A DNA stretch of 64,000 nucleotides from Mobula hypostoma (taxonomy: Eukaryota): positions 36,518,001-36,582,000 of the forward strand of contig NC_086101.1 in assembly GCF_963921235.1 (NCBI RefSeq), given 5' to 3'. The position numbers and the translations under genes are program-made. Each line of letters opens with the position of its first letter. Within the stretch, counting starts at the first letter, position 1. Below, piece after piece: positions 61,059 through 64,000 of this stretch. The notes beneath the pieces are model-generated. The model was not told the DNA's origin and made no database searches. It saw nothing but the letters and a program-made list of their open reading frames with translations.

Positions 61059-62444
61059 GTATTGCACCTGAGGAAAGTTAGCATAGCAATTACAAAGCGG
61101 ATGAATACTTTTTCAGTCTTACAATTTTGGTTTTTAATTCTTAGTAAATTGCTGACAGGTTTTGGAACTTTTGATTTGACATGATGCTCAATGTTTTGTA
61201 TATCAGCTCAAAATTGCCTACTTCAATATATTTTAAATTTAGAAAACGAGACAGTAAAATGTGAAAATGGTTGTGGGGGCTGAATACTTTTTCAAGGCAT
61301 TGTAGTCTCTCAGCTGGATGTAAAACATCCCATCACAAAACTTTAGAGCAGGAGAGTTCTTCCTGGTGCCTTGGCCAATGTTTATACCTTAATTAACGTC
61401 ACTAAAACTGGTCACTTCTTAGTGTCATTTGCACCTTTAATTTTTTTTATATGACAATAGTAAAACATCTCGGGATAAGTGGAAGTTGTGAAGTATGCCT
61501 TAAGAACGCAAGATACACAGTTAAACTTTCGCATCGACGTCATGACAAATAGAGTAGTACCGATCCTTATTCTCCAGAGTTAGAAGAATGAGAGGAAATC
61601 TCACTGAAATTAAGGATAGGGCAGGAAAATAACATTGAGGTAGAACTGCCACCTTCAGGGAAGGAGAAGTAACGAGAGGAAAGAGACTGGGCAGAGGACT
61701 GGAGGTGATCGGGGTGGTGGTGGTGGTTCTGGGCATGGGGTGGGGGGAGATGGTGGGAAGAGGCAGAAATACAACCAAAACAAAAGACGCTTCTGAAGCA
61801 CGTGCACCCCTCGGTGATCATACATCAGTCTTGCAAACAACAGACTGTCATGAAACATTACTTCTGCTTGTGTGCACACACCGTGCCACTGGTGTAACAT
61901 GCCTGATACTTTTAAAGATTAAAAAAAAAGATTGATGTCCATTGGAATGGCCAACCACATGGACATACAATTGTCCCTCTGACTTCTTTGTCAATTCCTT
62001 TCTCCTTGACTTTGTTTTTACAGGTGCAAGCCACCAGCCCCTGGTGTCCATCTCGATCAAAAGTGTTTGGCAGATCAAAAGATCCCGTGCTCATACTGAA
62101 GAGCTTGTCCCTGTGGAACTGCTGGTACTGTCTGTAGGACTCCAAGCCTAGCTTTGCATCTGCATCCCTTATGTGTTCTGGGCTATGCTAAACCGCAAAT
62201 AGCTCAAATATCCTTCTGTATCACGACTTAGCTTTTTCAGCTGGTTTAAAAAAAAGACTTTCTGACAACTGCCTTTGTTCAAACCTTATGAGAGGCGATA
62301 GCAGACCATTTACCAGTCTCAAAAAGTAACAACACTCTGACTTCTAGCTGTCACTCTGGTGTACAGCTGCTCAGCTAGTTGAAAGTGCAAGTTTTGAGGA
62401 TAACAAACATACAGAGGCCCTTCTATCTTACAAACTCCCGACTT

Positions 62445-62850
62445 CAGAATCGGAATCAGTATCAGGTTTGTTATTGCTGACTTGTGTAATTTGTTGTTTT
62501 GTGGCAACAGTAAAGTGCAAGACACAAAAAATTACTATAAGTTAAAACAAAAAAAAAGTAGTGCAAAGGATAAATAGTGAGGTGGTATTCATGGACTGTT
62601 CAGAAAACTGATATCAGAGAGGAAGAAACTGTCCCTAAAATGTTGAGTATGGGTCTTCTAGCTTCTGTATCCCCCTCGCTGATGGTAGTAATGAGAAGAC
62701 GGCATATCCTCGATAGTACCGGTGCTTTATGATGGATGCCACCTTCTGGAGACACCGCATCTTCAAGATGTCCTCAATGGTGGCAGGTGTTGTGCCCATG
62801 ATAGAGTTGGCTGAATCTACAACTCTCTGCAGGCTCTTTCGATCCTGTGC
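62445..62850 (-). mobile_element. Rex1/Babar 3' fragment
   Basis: DRKSLQRVV..RCLQK..FSLLPS. Confidence 0.75.
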
Positions 62851-63597
62851 ATAATGGGCTTCTACGCAGAAACACTCCTGCACGGGAACAAGTTCCCAAA
62901 ATAATAAATTCAAAAGTCTGCCATATATACATACATATGCCCACTCCTACAAAGGGAGGAAGTAGTTTCTCTCCTCTCCCTCCACATTTAGTAACTGTTC
63001 TTTCTTATTAGCCATATGAGATTTCTTTGCCATTCATTGCAGGACTATGAAGGTATTGGTATAGATCAAGTGATTTTTATGCGTTTTCCAACTTACGGAT
63101 AAAATCAATTCATGGACATCTATGGAAATAGAACTTGTTTATAATGCAGGACAGCCTGTAACAAATGGACACTGACATCACTGAGTTAAAACAAGTCTTC
63201 ACTGTGTCCTGTTTCACTGGTGAATTTTCCTCAGGCTTCGGTGATACTGCAAGTACAATCTAAATGCCTCCTCAGACCCAAAGACCTGCCACTTTCTATG
63301 CAAGTCTGACAGTCAACATTATATTTCCCTGTTGAATGATTCTGAAGGTAGCACTCATTTTACAGTAATGAAAATTTTTTAAAAATTGCAAAGGTTGGAC
63401 ATCTGAAATAAAAACAGGAAGTGCTGGAAGACTCTGTGAAGACAGAAATAGCTAATGTTCCAGTCACACACCGTCACCAGCTCTCATTCTACAGGCCAGT
63501 ATGGAAACTGCACTGTTGTAAAAGCTGAAGTGAAGATGTATTGCAAAATATCTTTGTTAAGAAGTGTTACGATACATCACAAAAGGTGCTGACTGCA

Positions 63598-64000
63598 TGG
63601 CCTACAAGTACCTGGGGGTGTGGGTGGATGACAGATTTAAGTGGAGCACCAACACAGAGGCTGTTTACAAGAAGGGCCAGAGTCACCTCTACTTCCTGAG
63701 GAGACTGAGGTCCTTTGGCGTATGCAGGACTCTCCTTCAGATGTTCTACCAGTCTGTTGTTACCAGTACAATGTGGTGGTGTGTTGGGGCAATGACAGGC
63801 GATGCCAACAGGCTCAATAAACTTTTTATTAGAGTGGCTGGCTCTTTTATAGGGAATCAAACTGGACTCACTGGAGGCTGTGGTAGAACAAAGGACCCTG
63901 CAAAAAACCCTGGCAATTCTGGACAACGTATCTCACCCTCTGCATGCCACCTTGGTTAACAGAGGAACATTTTAGTAATAGACTAAGACAACTGTGCTGC
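63598..64000 (+). mobile_element. Rex1/Babar fragment running off the window
   Basis: YKYLGV..KKGQSHLYFLRRLRSF..MFYQSVV. Confidence 0.85.

Larger units (their letters stand above)
58723..61302 (-). mobile_element. Decayed full-length Tc1 (IR/DR type) transposon with nested insertions
   Basis: TA|CAGTGCCTTGTAAAAGTATTCAG...CTGAATACTTTTTCAAGGCATTG|TA; inner repeats AAAGTATTCATCC (~58921, ~61100); DDE fragments in ORFs 59767-60230 ([23 protein letters not shown]). Confidence 0.9.

Overview
Repeat-rich vertebrate genomic DNA. The repeat complement (CR1, Rex1/Babar, L1, RTE, Penelope, V-SINE/Deu-SINE, Tc1, Tigger, hAT) suggests a cartilaginous fish, probably a ray. The only host protein-coding gene is the 5' part of propionyl-CoA carboxylase alpha (pcca) on the minus strand. 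It has a CpG-rich promoter near 50.0 kb and coding exons 1-4 (49934-49990, 21982-22062, 19481-19528, 11286-11354; all GT-AG, all phase 0); exon 5 onward lies left of the window. Almost every ORF in the supplied track is a transposon fragment or noise. The most notable signals are retroelement-borne self-cleaving RNAs. (i) A complete ~567-bp TSD-flanked non-coding retroposon (53902-54468) starts at G1 of a fully foldable HDV-like ribozyme that has an atypical hairpin in L3. (ii) There are about ten Penelope-type minimal hammerhead motifs: one is intact and sense-oriented 224 nt upstream of the exon 2 acceptor, and several ~90-130 bp TSD-flanked mini-insertions stop at the hammerhead's 5' edge. 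Also present: an ORF1-only (HAL1-like) L1, an internally deleted Rex1, a hAT element resembling mammalian MER1/Charlie3, a ~70-bp module shared by two unrelated MITEs, a long hairpin inside a Tigger element, and candidate conserved enhancers toward the expected ZIC2 side. A 200-N assembly gap lies at 58352-58551. Repeat boundaries without stated TSDs/TIRs are approximate, and family names come from recalled motifs, not database searches.
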